From Nitrosopumilaceae archaeon (GTDB taxonomy: Archaea; Thermoproteota; Nitrososphaeria; Nitrososphaerales; Nitrosopumilaceae): a DNA stretch of 64,000 nucleotides. The position numbers and the translations under genes are program-made. Position 1 is the first letter of the stretch. Each line of letters opens with the position of its first letter. Positions 51,268 to 61,633 of this stretch are shown in pieces. A model generated the notes under the pieces. That model was not told the origin of the DNA, did not search any database, and was given only the letters and a program-made list of their open reading frames with translations. The stretch is from contig CBDCCK010000002.1 of the NCBI GenBank assembly GCA_965214835.1, forward strand, positions 832,001 through 896,000, read 5' to 3'.

Positions 51268-51430
51268 CGTGTTTTTTAGGCCGGGCCCAGAATCAGTGGC
51301 TCCCGTCATGGCCTGAAAATGTAGCAAAATGGCATATAATCATCCAGGGAGGGCCCAGGGCCCGGCCGAGCAACACAACCCGAAAATGACAAAACGTGTC
51401 AGTGTCCGTTGAGCCTCAGGGGATGGACGT

Positions 51431-51521
51431 GTTGGATAGCCCTGGCCTAGGCAACAATCAGGCACGAATCTGCCTGCAGTTGTGATTTTCATGCCTGACC
51501 TGTAAGGGACGTGGCTCCAAC
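51431..51521. mobile_element. Degenerate family A-like MITE
   Basis: GTTGGA...TCCAAC ends; core CAGGCACGAATC...TGTGATTTTCATGCCTG...GGGACGTGGC. Confidence 0.6.
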
Positions 51522-51529
51522 TCTAAGCA

Positions 51530-52138
51530 GGGGTTATTCCGTTACGATGGATGTACTGGATTCTGGCACATAAGGCCAAGATGCCCAAGTCCGCCCTGCT
51601 GCGCTCGGTTCTGGCAGGTTCTGGATTGCCCAGATGGTGTCAGAACACAGGGGAAACGATGACGTCTCACCAATGTTCAAAGAGGCAAAAAAGAGGGCAG
51701 GCAAAGTCCCCTTAACGCTAATTTCCGACGGGGCAGCAAACTTTCACCATGCCTAGAGGGAGCAATACCGCTCAAAAAACTTCCTGCACAAGGATATGGA
51801 ACACCACAGGCACATCCACATGACGGGCGACATGAACAACAACCAGATGGAATCCTTCAACGGCGACACGCTGAGGGCGAGGGAGAAGGTGATCCGTGGG
51901 ATCAAGAGGGATGACTCTGCAATACTCAAGGGGATGCAGATCCATCACAACTACATCCGCCCGCACTAGGGACTTGACGGCGACACACCGGCAGCAAGGG
52001 CCGGAATCAGAATAACCGGTGATAACAAATGGAAGACGGTAATACAGAATGCCGCTAAATCCGATCTACCGACATGTCCCACGAAGAATCATCTGCCGTA
52101 AACGTCCCAGTTCCTCTGGACCGATTACGCATAAAGTC
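51530..52138 (+). pseudogene. IS6-like DDE transposase remnant with right end
   Basis: LISDGAANF, NNNQMESFNG.TLR.R.K and HNYIRPH*GLDG.TPA motifs; two TAG stops; end CCGATTACGCATAAAGTC shared with MITE E. Confidence 0.8.
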
Positions 52139-52296
52139 TAGTGTGTACAGTTGAAAACTGATTATTTTTTTAACGAAATAGACACGATGTGCCAAAATTA
52201 TGATCCATTTTTGGTGTGAGTACTGTGAACCCAAGTAAATTCAATCAAAGCATTCCTTTTACTTGATACACTACATCGTATATTTCTGAGAATTAA

Positions 52297-52581
52297 TTAC
52301 AACACACCGATATCATTGCAGTCCATAAAGTACAATTTTTTGTCATCGCAATCAGGCCTGATTAAAATTTCTACTCTGCTACCCAGTATAAACAACATGT
52401 GGTTTTTGCTTTTTTCAACATGGTTGCATGGCACATAATCTTCATGTTTTGATATCTCGTCATATGTCACAATTTCTTGTTTGAAATGCTCTATAAGATC
52501 TATTGAAGGTTCTGAGAGATAACGGATTTTTTTATAATACTCAGAGTTGGAGGTAGTCTTACAATTCCAAAAAATCTCCAT
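52297..52581 (-). CDS. Low-GC hypothetical protein (weakly RelE-like)
   Basis: 94 aa in an AT-rich patch; C-terminal strand-DDKK-strand pattern. Confidence 0.4.
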   Translation of the reverse strand: MEIFWNCKTTSNSEYYKKIRYLSEPSIDLIEHFKQEIVTYDEISKHEDYVPCNHVEKSKNHMLFILGSRVEILIRPDCDDKKLYFMDCNDIGVL

Positions 52582-52753
52582 GAAACAAATGAAAAAGTAT
52601 CAAACTAAATATCTATCTCTTCGCCCTGAGTATTATCTCGGAACATTTTGTCAGACTTTTCTGCCATACGATAGTGGCGCTCTTCCCATTTATGCTCTGT
52701 TTGTTTCATATTATAATAATACAATACAATGTTTATATATGTATCAGCTAGGT

Positions 52754-52936
52754 CAGCTAAGTGAAAAGTACCCCGGATGAAATCAACAGGAAGCTGAAAC
52801 AGCGCTATAAAATCCTGGCATGTCCTGTACCCCAGCGTGGTGATGCCTGCAGCATGTATGGAGGGCATGACGGCTTATCTCAGGGAGTCCAAACCCCCTC
52901 CATGACGTCAGATCCGGGGTACTTTTCACTTAGCTG
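52754..52936. mobile_element. MITE family C (CAG ends, ISH3/IS4-like), 183 bp
   Basis: 25-bp perfect TIR CAGCTAAGTGAAAAGTACCCCGGAT; TAGGT on both flanks. Confidence 0.9.
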
Positions 52937-52942
52937 TAGGTC

Positions 52943-53053
52943 CAGCTAAGTGAAATGTAAATGAGATTTGTTGTTTTGCCTTGCCGTTGAGGCGTCGTGC
53001 CGCATGCCCGGTTTCTGTTTTTGCTCGATTTCATGGTACTTTTCACTTAGCTG
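52943..53053. mobile_element. MITE family C, 111-bp variant in tandem
   Basis: CAGCTAAGTGAAATGTA...TACTTTTCACTTAGCTG; TAGGTC on both flanks. Confidence 0.88.
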
Positions 53054-53063
53054 TAGGTCAGCG

Positions 53064-53444
53064 GTACGAGGTCACGTTCCTAAACCAGTTTCATGACCTC
53101 ATCTGCTACGGATCTGCCCCTTGCCCTCCATGTCAGTATGCACGTCATAAACTGCGACCACCTCCTCATCCAGAGTTCCCCTCCCTTGATCTGCCCGCTT
53201 ATCTTGCGGAAGACGACGGCGTAACGGAGGGCACGCTCTGCGGCGTTGTTTGTGGGATGCACGTTGTCGTGCTCCAGGAACGTAAACAGGTGCGGCAGCG
53301 AGCTTGTCAGTCTGCGCAGTACCGGGCCCAGGACGGGGTCGTCCGTGCCTTCCCGGTACCCGGACAGTATGTTGCGCAGCTAGGACTCGAACCTTCTGCG
53401 CAGATCCTTGCCCCTGTCCTTCCTCCTCCTAGGTGACCTCGTAC
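53064..53444 (-). mobile_element. IS66-family transposase C-terminal remnant
   Basis: LFTFLEHD.VHPTNNAAERALR.AV..RKIS motif; 12-bp IR GTACGAGGTCAC/GTGACCTCGTAC resembling family A ends. Confidence 0.8.
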
Positions 53445-53684
53445 GCTTGGGCGTCTCAAAGGATTCCATGCACTTGGGGCAGGCGTACGTCAGGATCCGG
53501 AACTCGTTTGGTTCCCGGGCGCGCTCAGCTGCGGATAATACACCAGCTGGGCACCGCAGTCGATATAGAAGCGCTTGACGGTGGCCATTATCTGAGAAGC
53601 GATTCTTAATTAGCAGATTTTGACCCACTTGGGCACTAATCTATGCCTGACGGATCAAAATACCTGTAAAACCATGTACAAATC

Positions 53685-54341
53685 ATGTGTTTGATCGATA
53701 GACTGACAAAAAACCCACGGACGTTCCGGATGTTTGCAGGAATGACCGAGGCAGAGTTTGACCAGCTGTGTACCGAGGTGCAAAAGAAATTTCCAGATAC
53801 CGAGAAGAAGAGGCTCTCAAGGCCCGACCGTGTGCGGGATATAGGCGCAGGCAGGCCCTTTGCCCTGGATCTGAGGAACCGCGTACTGCTGGTCTTGTTC
53901 TACTACAGGACGTACGTCTCCCAGGACGTGGCTGGCGCCATGTTCGGTATAGGACAGGCGTCGGTCTCGCGCTCCATAAGCCTGACTGAGCCCCTGCTAA
54001 AACAATGCCTGCCGATCCCCGAGAAGATCTACAAGGACTCCAAGAGGATCTCCTCAGTCGAGGAGCTGGCCGAGATCTTCCCGGGGATGGTGTGCCTGAC
54101 TGACGCCTCCGAGCAGCCCACAAACAGGCCCAAGAGAAAGGACATGGAAAAGTCGCATTATTCGGGCAAGGCAGGCACGCACACGGCCAAGGTCGTAACA
54201 GCTCGGGCTCTGGAAGTTCAGGCACGAATTTTGCCATCAAAGAAGGCCGATCAAACAGAATTTGTGCCTGAAATTGTAAATCACTTCCGAAGCCCGAGCT
54301 GTTACCCAAGGTCCAGTATACGGTCAACATACACGGGGTAA
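53685..54341 (+). pseudogene. IS5-family (ISL2-like) transposase, MITE-interrupted and truncated
   Basis: F..FAGMT..EFD.L, HTH region, DASEQP..RP...YSGK..HT.K motifs. Confidence 0.85.
54195..54305. mobile_element. MITE family B (opposite orientation) inside the IS5 transposase
   Basis: 111 bp; 8-bp TSD CCAAGGTC. Confidence 0.93.
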
Positions 54342-54608
54342 TTATTTTAATTTTTGCCCCATTACATCCGGCCACAAGCTGGATGCTAGGCGAACTCGGA
54401 TCCGGGAGGCGGCGGGCCGGGATCTCCGCTGATCTGTCTGCAGTGCCTTCAGGCTTTGATCCAGTCAACACACATTTCACTTGACTGCCGTAGGACAAAC
54501 GGTTACGCAGCCGGGCAGTTGAAGAAAAGGAAAAGCGTATGGGGTTGCCTACCCAAGATCCCGGGTAATGGAAAACGCCATCCAGGATTACGACATGGGA
54601 AGCTTCCC

Positions 54609-55349
54609 TCAGCGCTCCTGCGCCACAGGCCTGATCAGGATCTCGTTTACGTTCACGTGCGGGGGCGAGTCGACCGCGTACAGAATCGCCTCGGCAATGT
54701 CCTGCGCCCGCAGCGCGTCCATTTTCTTGGAGCTCTCGACAAACCCCCGGAGCGACTCGTCGGTGATCGTATCGGTGAGCTCCGTCGCCACGACCCCCGG
54801 CTCGATGCACGTCACCCGGATGTTCGAGCGCGCGCTGAACTCCTGCCTGAGGCCCTCGCTGAGCGCGGCAACGGCGTGCTTTGTCGCACAGTAGACGCTG
54901 CCGGCGGGAAACACAATCCTTCCCGCAACCGACGAGACGTTTACAATGTGGCCGGATTTTTTCTCCCTCATGTGGGTGATCACGGCGCCCGTGGCGTACA
55001 GGACGCCCCTGATGTTGACATCTATCATCCTGTCCCACTCGTCTACCTTGAGGTTCTTGAAAAAGCTCAGGGGCATGAGGCCCGCGTTGTTCACCAGGAT
55101 GTCAATCGCGCCCCACTTGTCTAGGACCGCCCCCGCAAAGGCATCGCACTCGGAGCGCCGGGTGACGTCCAGCTTTTGGTAAAAGGCCTCCCCGCCGCTG
55201 CCGGCGATCCGCCCCGCGAGATCCTCGAGCCTGTCTGTCCGTCTTGCCCCGATGGCGACCCTTGCGCCGGCCCTTGCAAGCGTCTCCGCCGTGGCATGCC
55301 CGATTCCGCTGCTTGCACCCGTAATCACGGCAACCTTTCCGTCCAGCAT
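54609..55349 (-). CDS. SDR oxidoreductase (NADP-dependent, YdfG-like)
   Basis: TGASSGIG, NNAG, YCATK and IEPG.V.TEL motifs; ATG at 55349. Confidence 0.9.
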   Translation of the reverse strand: MLDGKVAVITGASSGIGHATAETLARAGARVAIGARRTDRLEDLAGRIAGSGGEAFYQKLDVTRRSECDAFAGAVLDKWGAIDILVNNAGLMPLSFFKNLKVDEWDRMIDVNIRGVLYATGAVITHMREKKSGHIVNVSSVAGRIVFPAGSVYCATKHAVAALSEGLRQEFSARSNIRVTCIEPGVVATELTDTITDESLRGFVESSKKMDALRAQDIAEAILYAVDSPPHVNVNEILIRPVAQER

Positions 55350-55433
55350 AAAACTCACTGGTACTCGGCGCAGACCGTAAATATATTTTCTCAGCCGCAC
55401 CGGAAGGCCCCCTAGCTGATTTATTAAAAGCAG

Positions 55434-55676
55434 ATGCGTACCGTGTCTGTGAAACAGGAAAAGTGCGCCTATTGCGGAGACCTGACGGACATGCCCTTTC
55501 AGTGCAACTATTGCAAGGATCACTTCTGCCCCGAGCACAGGCTGCCCGAGGAGCACCGATGCGTGAGACTGACGCAGATCAGGGCAAGAAAGTTCGGGGA
55601 GAGGGGGGTGATTCGCGACGGCGGACGGAACAAGCCGGGCCTGTTCAGCCGCCTTTTTGGAAGGAAGAGGGGCTAG
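55434..55676 (+). CDS. AN1-type zinc finger protein
   Basis: CAYC...PFQCNYC...FC.EHRLPEEH.C. Confidence 0.88.
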   Translation: MRTVSVKQEKCAYCGDLTDMPFQCNYCKDHFCPEHRLPEEHRCVRLTQIRARKFGERGVIRDGGRNKPGLFSRLFGRKRG

Positions 55677-55954
55677 TAGGGGGACTTGTCAGGCGAGATC
55701 TTGGCCCGCCTTCCCTGGTATGCCAGGGCCACTGCCAGCGCCAGCAGCACCACCGCCGTCAGCGGCAGGCTCTCGTCGCCGGGAAACGTAAGGTATGCGG
55801 CTGCAAACCCGGCAGATACCACCGCCTGTGCCCACAGCTTTGCCCACTTTGGCGCCCCCACGGCCCTGCTGGCCATCTCCACTGCAAAGATGCCGGCCAC
55901 CGGATAGATCGTAAGCAGGAGAAAGTCAAAGACCTCGACGCCGGTATGCGACAT
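55673..55954 (-). CDS. Small membrane protein
   Basis: Three hydrophobic segments. Confidence 0.65.
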   Translation of the reverse strand: MSHTGVEVFDFLLLTIYPVAGIFAVEMASRAVGAPKWAKLWAQAVVSAGFAAAYLTFPGDESLPLTAVVLLALAVALAYQGRRAKISPDKSPY

Positions 55955-55980
55955 GCCGTCCTTCCGGCACCGAGTAATTT

Positions 55981-56532
55981 CTAGTCTTCCAGGCGCACCC
56001 TGACGACTGCCTGCTTGGAGATCAGTGCCTGGGCGTTGTCGTAGGGGATTGTGGCCAGATCCTCGGTCTTGTAGGGCCCGTACTTGGCAAAGTCAGCGCC
56101 CACAAACTCCTCGATATCCTGCAGGAACCTGACGGTTATGGGCCTGGTCTTGTGGTTTTCAGAGATCGAGTCCAGCAGCTTGGACTTGCCGTTGAGCATG
56201 GCCGACAGTATGACCTCGGTTCTTTCCTGCCGCTCCTCCTCAGAGTCCAGTATGTATTTTTCCTCGTCAAGCAGGTTGACAGGGTCGAGGTTGTTGATGT
56301 TCTTTTCCAGCCGTATGTTGACAAGCAGCGTGGTCAGCTCCGTGGCCATGCCGACCAGGGCCTCCTTGATTTTGCTTTCAACGTTGTCAAACTCCTGCCG
56401 CTTGAGTTTTCCTATGAACTCAGCTATGCTGTCATACAGGCCGGGATCAAGCTCCTGGACCGCCTCGCTTTGCACCTCGCGGACAACTATGGAGTAAAGC
56501 GAGTTGATTGTGATCTCCTTTGATTCAGACAT
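55981..56532 (-). CDS. GINS subunit, Gins51 type
   Basis: Helical A domain followed by B domain VRFLQDI.EFVG.D...YGP....D...IP..NA..L. Confidence 0.85.
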   Translation of the reverse strand: MSESKEITINSLYSIVVREVQSEAVQELDPGLYDSIAEFIGKLKRQEFDNVESKIKEALVGMATELTTLLVNIRLEKNINNLDPVNLLDEEKYILDSEEERQERTEVILSAMLNGKSKLLDSISENHKTRPITVRFLQDIEEFVGADFAKYGPYKTEDLATIPYDNAQALISKQAVVRVRLED

Positions 56533-56586
56533 ATCCTACCTAATCCTTAAATGACAGGTGTATTTGTGTTAGCTTGACGTATAAAA

Positions 56587-58047
56587 TTGCCGTATAAAGT
56601 CAGTCATGGAAAGCCGATCCAGATCACATACTCCCCCGACGAGGTGTTTTCAAAGATCCAGCACGACGAGATAAAGTTCATCGACCTGCAGTTTACCAGC
56701 CTGACTGGAAGGTACCACCACACCACAATCTCCGCAGACACGTTTTCCCCCGAGCAGATGAGGGACGGGCTTCCAAAGCTTGACGGCTCCTCCATCGTGG
56801 GCTTTACGAGCATTGATGACTCGGATCTGATTCTAAAGCCGGATCCAAACACGTATGCAAAGATTCCCTGGTATACGGAGAACAACACCGGCAGGCTAAT
56901 CTGCGATGTCTACTGGGGCGAGGACAGGGGACGGCTCTCAAGGGATCCCAGGGGAATAGCGCAAAAGGCAGAGGGACACCTGAAGGCGCAGGGCTTTGAG
57001 ACCAGCAACTGGGGGCCGGAGGTCGAGTTTTTCGTATTCGACGAGGTTCACTGGGACGTGCTGACCCCGTACAAGGGCCAGTCATACAGCATCGAGTCCA
57101 AGGAGGCCCCGTGGAGCCAGGAGGGAAAGGGCTATCCGATGGGGCTGCAGGAGGGATACTATCCAAGCACGCCTTCAGACACCCTCTCGCCGTTTAGAAA
57201 CGAGTGCGTCAACATCCTAAACGAGGAGTTTGGGATTCTGTGCGACAACCACCACCACGAGGTCGCCACGGCAGGACAGTGTGAGATCGACATCAGGTAT
57301 GATCACCTGACCAATGCTGCAGATGCGGCACAGTCCTACAAGTTCGTCGTAAGGAACATTGCCCAAAAGTACGGAAAGATTGCAACCATGATGCCAAAGC
57401 CGATCTCGATGGATTCGGGCTCCGGCATGCACACAAACGTGAGCCTGTGGAAGGGAAAGCACAACGTGTTCTATGATCCGGATGCCGAGGACGAGCTGAG
57501 CCAGCTGGGAAGATACTTTTGCGGCGGAATCATCCACCACGCAAAGGCGCTGTCTGCGATTTCCAATCCGACGACCAATTCGTATCACCGGCTGGTTCCG
57601 GGCTATGAGGCCCCCGTATACATCGCATGGAGCGCAAGCAACAGATCCGCGATTGTCAGGGTTCCAAAGCACTTCAAGGGAGCAGGCTATGCGCATTTGA
57701 AGAGGCTGGAGTTCCGGGCGCCGGATCCCTCGGCCAACCCATACCTAGTATTTGCATCGGTCCTGTCGGCCGGCCTGGACGGGGTCAGAAAGAAGATGGA
57801 TCCGGGCGACCAGGTCCGCGAGGACATATTCAAGATGACAAAGGCCGAGAGGGTAAGGCGCGGAATCGGCGTCCTGCCTGCAAGCCTGGGCGAGGCGTTA
57901 GACGAGCTGGAGAGCGACAGGGAGTTCCTGCTTCCAATCTTCACAGACGACGTAATTGACACCCTCATAGCAATCGAGAGAAAGGAGCAGCGCGAGATCT
58001 CAATCAGGCCCCATCCGCACGAGTTTTACCTGTACTTTGACGTATGA
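56587..58047 (+). CDS. glnA: Glutamine synthetase type I
   Basis: LDGSSI, GPEVEFF, HHEVATAGQCEI, MPKP, SGMH, PGYEAP, NRSA and LEFR.PD motifs. Confidence 0.96.
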   Translation: MPYKVSHGKPIQITYSPDEVFSKIQHDEIKFIDLQFTSLTGRYHHTTISADTFSPEQMRDGLPKLDGSSIVGFTSIDDSDLILKPDPNTYAKIPWYTENNTGRLICDVYWGEDRGRLSRDPRGIAQKAEGHLKAQGFETSNWGPEVEFFVFDEVHWDVLTPYKGQSYSIESKEAPWSQEGKGYPMGLQEGYYPSTPSDTLSPFRNECVNILNEEFGILCDNHHHEVATAGQCEIDIRYDHLTNAADAAQSYKFVVRNIAQKYGKIATMMPKPISMDSGSGMHTNVSLWKGKHNVFYDPDAEDELSQLGRYFCGGIIHHAKALSAISNPTTNSYHRLVPGYEAPVYIAWSASNRSAIVRVPKHFKGAGYAHLKRLEFRAPDPSANPYLVFASVLSAGLDGVRKKMDPGDQVREDIFKMTKAERVRRGIGVLPASLGEALDELESDREFLLPIFTDDVIDTLIAIERKEQREISIRPHPHEFYLYFDV

Positions 58048-58362
58048 TCAGACCCTTCCCGTCAGCTGAAATATGTAGAAAAGCGATATGGCAACCAGGC
58101 CGAATCCGGCTCCCAGGTAGATCATCCTTCTGGATTCGGAAACGGTGGCCTTGTAAAGCAGGATCCCGCCTGCAAGGCCTACAAAGAGGACCAGCGTTCC
58201 GGTCACGACGCCGTCAAAGCTGGTTTTCGTAATAAGGGGGTAAAAGAATCCCGACAGCAGGACAAAGAACGCCGCTATGTAGACATACTTGAGGCCCGAC
58301 TTGATTCTCGAGCCGGAGGTCTTTGGGGGCGGAACGTTCCTGGCCTTTTTCCGCTTTTTCAT
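58048..58362 (-). CDS. Small three-TM protein
   Basis: Basic N-terminus plus three hydrophobic helices. Confidence 0.65.
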   Translation of the reverse strand: MKKRKKARNVPPPKTSGSRIKSGLKYVYIAAFFVLLSGFFYPLITKTSFDGVVTGTLVLFVGLAGGILLYKATVSESRRMIYLGAGFGLVAISLFYIFQLTGRV

Positions 58363-58501
58363 CGGGATTCCTCAATCAGGCAATCAAATAAACTTTTGAC
58401 GGCGGAGGGTGACGTGGCTCCGTACGTGCTACCGGCAGGCAAGGTCACAGATACATGCAGGATAGTGCTTGGCTGGCTGGGGACGGGCGGGTTCCGTACC
58501 A

Positions 58502-60199
58502 CTACATCATGCCGCCCATATCAGGCATTCCGCCCATGCCGGGCATTCCACCGCCCATTCCCGGCGGCATTCCGCCTCCCATGCCGCCTTCGGCTCCCGG
58601 CGGGGGTCCGGCGGATTTTGCGGTCTGAACCACGTCGTCAATTCTTAGAATCATGCATGCGGCCTCTGTTGCAGCAGATACGACCTGGTGCTTTACCGAT
58701 AATGGCTCTACGACATCGCCCGAGTTCATGTTTCCAATCCTGCCGTTCATGACATCAATGCCAGTCCATTTTTCCCCCTTGAGCTGTTTTGCCCTCAGTG
58801 AGGTCAGGGTGTCAATTGGATCCATTCCCGCATTCTCTGCTAGGGCCAGCGGAATCGCCTCAAGGGAGTCGGCAAACTTTTCAACTGCCAGCTGCTCGCG
58901 GCCCTCCAGGGATTTTGCCCAGCTGCGCAGCTTGGTCGCAGCATACGTCTCGGGGGCCCCTCCCCCCGCCACGATCGACGGCTCCTCCATCACGTCCTTG
59001 ACTACCATTACGGCGTCATGAACGGATCTGTCAACCTCGTCAACCACCCTCTGTGATCCTCCGCGTAGCAGTATGGTGACGGATTTTGGATGCCTGCATC
59101 CCTCGACGAAGACCCACCTGTCCTCCTCGATTTTACGCTCTTCTACGGTCTCGGCGGCGCCAAGATCCTTGTCGAACAGGTCGTCAAGGTTGGTGACGAT
59201 TCGGGCGCCCGTGGCCTTGGCAAGTTTTGTCAGATCGCTTTCCTTGATCCTTCTGACTGCTATGACGCCTGCCTTGGCAAGATAGTGCTGGGCCATGTCG
59301 TCGATGCCCTTTTGGCACAGTACGACGTTGGCGCCTGAGCCAATCACCTTGTCAACCATGTTTTTGAGCATCCTGTTTTCCTCATCCAGGAAGCTCTTCA
59401 TCTGTTGGGGGTTCTGGATGTTGATTTTTGCATCGGTCTCGGTCTTGCTGATCTCCAGTGCCGTGTTGATCAGTGCGATTTTTGCATCAGAGATCTTTTT
59501 TGGCATTCCGCCGTGTACGATCTCCTTGTCCAGCACTATGCCCTGGATGACGCCAGAGTCTCCAATCGAGCCTCCCGCCTTTTTTTCCACCTTTATATCA
59601 TCAATATCCACGTCATACCTGTCGCCGTTTCTCTCCGCCACTGCAAAGACGGACTGTACGGCGAGGTCGGCTAGCAGGTCAGAGTCCTTTCTGACAAGCT
59701 TTGTCTGCATCGAGGTCTTTGCGATTTTTTTGAGGACTGCCTTGTCGCCTGCCGTGATTTTGTCTGCAATGCCTTCAAGGTACTGCCTTGCCTTCTTTCC
59801 TGCCTTTCTATAGCCGTCTACTATAATCGTCGGGTGAACGTCCTGTTCTATTAGCGACTCTGCATTCTCTATCAGCGCCCCGCCCAAGACCACGGCGGAC
59901 GTCGTCCCGTCGCCTACCTCGTTGTCGGTGGTCTTGGAGATCTCGACCATCATTTTGGCTGCAGGATGCTGCACGTCTATTTCCTTGAGAATCGTCGCAC
60001 CGTCGTTTGTAATCGTAACATCGCCGAGGGAGTCCACCAGCATTTTGTCCATCCCCCTTGGACCCAGGCTGGTATGAACGATCTCCGCTATGATCTTGCA
60101 TGCAGAGATGTTGTTCTTTTGAGCATCACGTCCCTTGCTTTCGGAGGCACCGTCCTTTAGTAACACAACTGGCATGCTGCCCTTATTGGTCGCACTCAT
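58502..60199 (-). CDS. Thermosome (group II chaperonin) subunit
   Basis: [23 protein letters not shown] motifs; GGM-rich tail. Confidence 0.97.
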   Translation of the reverse strand: MSATNKGSMPVVLLKDGASESKGRDAQKNNISACKIIAEIVHTSLGPRGMDKMLVDSLGDVTITNDGATILKEIDVQHPAAKMMVEISKTTDNEVGDGTTSAVVLGGALIENAESLIEQDVHPTIIVDGYRKAGKKARQYLEGIADKITAGDKAVLKKIAKTSMQTKLVRKDSDLLADLAVQSVFAVAERNGDRYDVDIDDIKVEKKAGGSIGDSGVIQGIVLDKEIVHGGMPKKISDAKIALINTALEISKTETDAKINIQNPQQMKSFLDEENRMLKNMVDKVIGSGANVVLCQKGIDDMAQHYLAKAGVIAVRRIKESDLTKLAKATGARIVTNLDDLFDKDLGAAETVEERKIEEDRWVFVEGCRHPKSVTILLRGGSQRVVDEVDRSVHDAVMVVKDVMEEPSIVAGGGAPETYAATKLRSWAKSLEGREQLAVEKFADSLEAIPLALAENAGMDPIDTLTSLRAKQLKGEKWTGIDVMNGRIGNMNSGDVVEPLSVKHQVVSAATEAACMILRIDDVVQTAKSAGPPPGAEGGMGGGMPPGMGGGMPGMGGMPDMGGMM

Positions 60200-60310
60200 C
60201 GGTCTCAAAATCCCAAATTCCCCTTTTTATATCCTTCCTTAATCCCACACTCCGCAGATCGGGCGGGCCTCAGACGGTGTTTTTAAATTGGGAAATCCCC
60301 GCCCTAACGC

Positions 60311-61633
60311 ATGGCCAAGTCAGCAAGTAGAAGGTCCTACGACATGATCTTTGGAAAGCTGAGGGACCACAACAGGTGGTTTGAGAACTCCATCCCATTG
60401 ATTGCAAGCGAGAACGTTCCCAGCCCGGCAGTCAGGGAGGCGATGATCTCCGACTTTGGAAACAGGTACGCAGAGGGCTGGCCGGGGGAGCGGGTTTATG
60501 CGGGATGCACGTACATCGACGACGTGGAGGTCGAATGCATGAGGCTGGCAAGGAGGCTGTACAAGGCAAGGTTTGCAGATGTCAGGCCCATTTCAGGCGT
60601 GGTGGCCAACCTGGCAATCTACTCGGCATTTACCAATCCAGGCGACGTGATGCTTGCGCCGTCAATCCCGGCAGGAGGCCACATCTCCCACGGGAAAAAA
60701 GAGCATGCGGGGACTGCAGGCCTAGTTCATGGCCTGGAAATCGAGTTTTATCCATTTGATGCCGGAGAGATGACCATTGATGTGGACAAGACCAAGCAGA
60801 AGGTAAGGGATCTCAAAAAGGCCGGCCGTCTGCCCAGGATGGCGATGTTTGGCGGCTCGTTGTTCTTGTTTCCCCACCCGGTAAAGGAGCTATCAGACTT
60901 TTTGAAAAGCTACGACATGCACATCAATTATGACGCAGCGCACGTTGCCGGCTTGATTGCGGGCGGCCGGTTCCAAGATCCCCTGAGGGAGGGGGCCGAC
61001 ACCATGACAATGAGCACCCACAAGACGCTCTTCGGCCCGCAGGGGGGCCTAGTTTTGGGCGGAGAGGAGCATGCCGAGGCAGTCAAAAAGGCAACGTTCC
61101 CCGGCCTGACAAGCAATCACCACATCCATCACATGGGCGCAAAGGCAGTAGCATTTGCCGAGGCGCTGGAGTTTGGCAGGGACTATGCAAGACAGGTTGT
61201 TAAAAACGCAAGGGTGCTTGCCGGTGCCCTAAGCGACCGCGGCTTTAAGGTCCTAGGAGAGGGTGTGGGGTACACCAAGTCCCACCAGGTTGCGGTCAAC
61301 GTTTTAGACTATTCAGACGGCGGAAAGGTCGAGGCCGACTTGGAAAAGGCCAACATCATCGTCAACAGGCAGCTGATTCCGGGGGACATCAGGGACGGAA
61401 GGAACTACTTCCACCCCGGAGGGATAAGGCTGGGCGTTTCTGAAATAACCAGGCTGGGTATGAAGGAGGCCGAGATGCAGGACATTGCAGAGTACATCAA
61501 GGGGGTGGTCATCGAAAAGAGGGATGCGGGGAGGGTTCGATCCAAGGTAAGGTCCCTGAGAAAGGACTTTCAAAGGGTTCATTACTGCTTTGACAAAAAG
61601 CTGGGCGCGTATGAATACGTCAGGCTAAGATAG
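60311..61633 (+). CDS. glyA: Serine hydroxymethyltransferase
   Basis: LIASEN, RYAEG.PG.R.Y, GGHISH, DAAH and STHKT..GPQGG motifs. Confidence 0.96.
   Translation: MAKSASRRSYDMIFGKLRDHNRWFENSIPLIASENVPSPAVREAMISDFGNRYAEGWPGERVYAGCTYIDDVEVECMRLARRLYKARFADVRPISGVVANLAIYSAFTNPGDVMLAPSIPAGGHISHGKKEHAGTAGLVHGLEIEFYPFDAGEMTIDVDKTKQKVRDLKKAGRLPRMAMFGGSLFLFPHPVKELSDFLKSYDMHINYDAAHVAGLIAGGRFQDPLREGADTMTMSTHKTLFGPQGGLVLGGEEHAEAVKKATFPGLTSNHHIHHMGAKAVAFAEALEFGRDYARQVVKNARVLAGALSDRGFKVLGEGVGYTKSHQVAVNVLDYSDGGKVEADLEKANIIVNRQLIPGDIRDGRNYFHPGGIRLGVSEITRLGMKEAEMQDIAEYIKGVVIEKRDAGRVRSKVRSLRKDFQRVHYCFDKKLGAYEYVRLR

Noticed and set aside
50932-54400. tRNA-Pro-anchored integrated element
   Set aside because: The IS-rich region lies 5' of the tRNA; no duplicated tRNA 3' end or integrase was seen
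53683-55038. 451-aa minus-strand ORF
   Set aside because: Shadow frame spanning the SDR gene and the antisense strand of the IS5 remnant; no protein-like composition
58502-58610. Tandem GGCATTCCGCC-like repeats
   Set aside because: They encode the ordinary GGM-rich chaperonin tail
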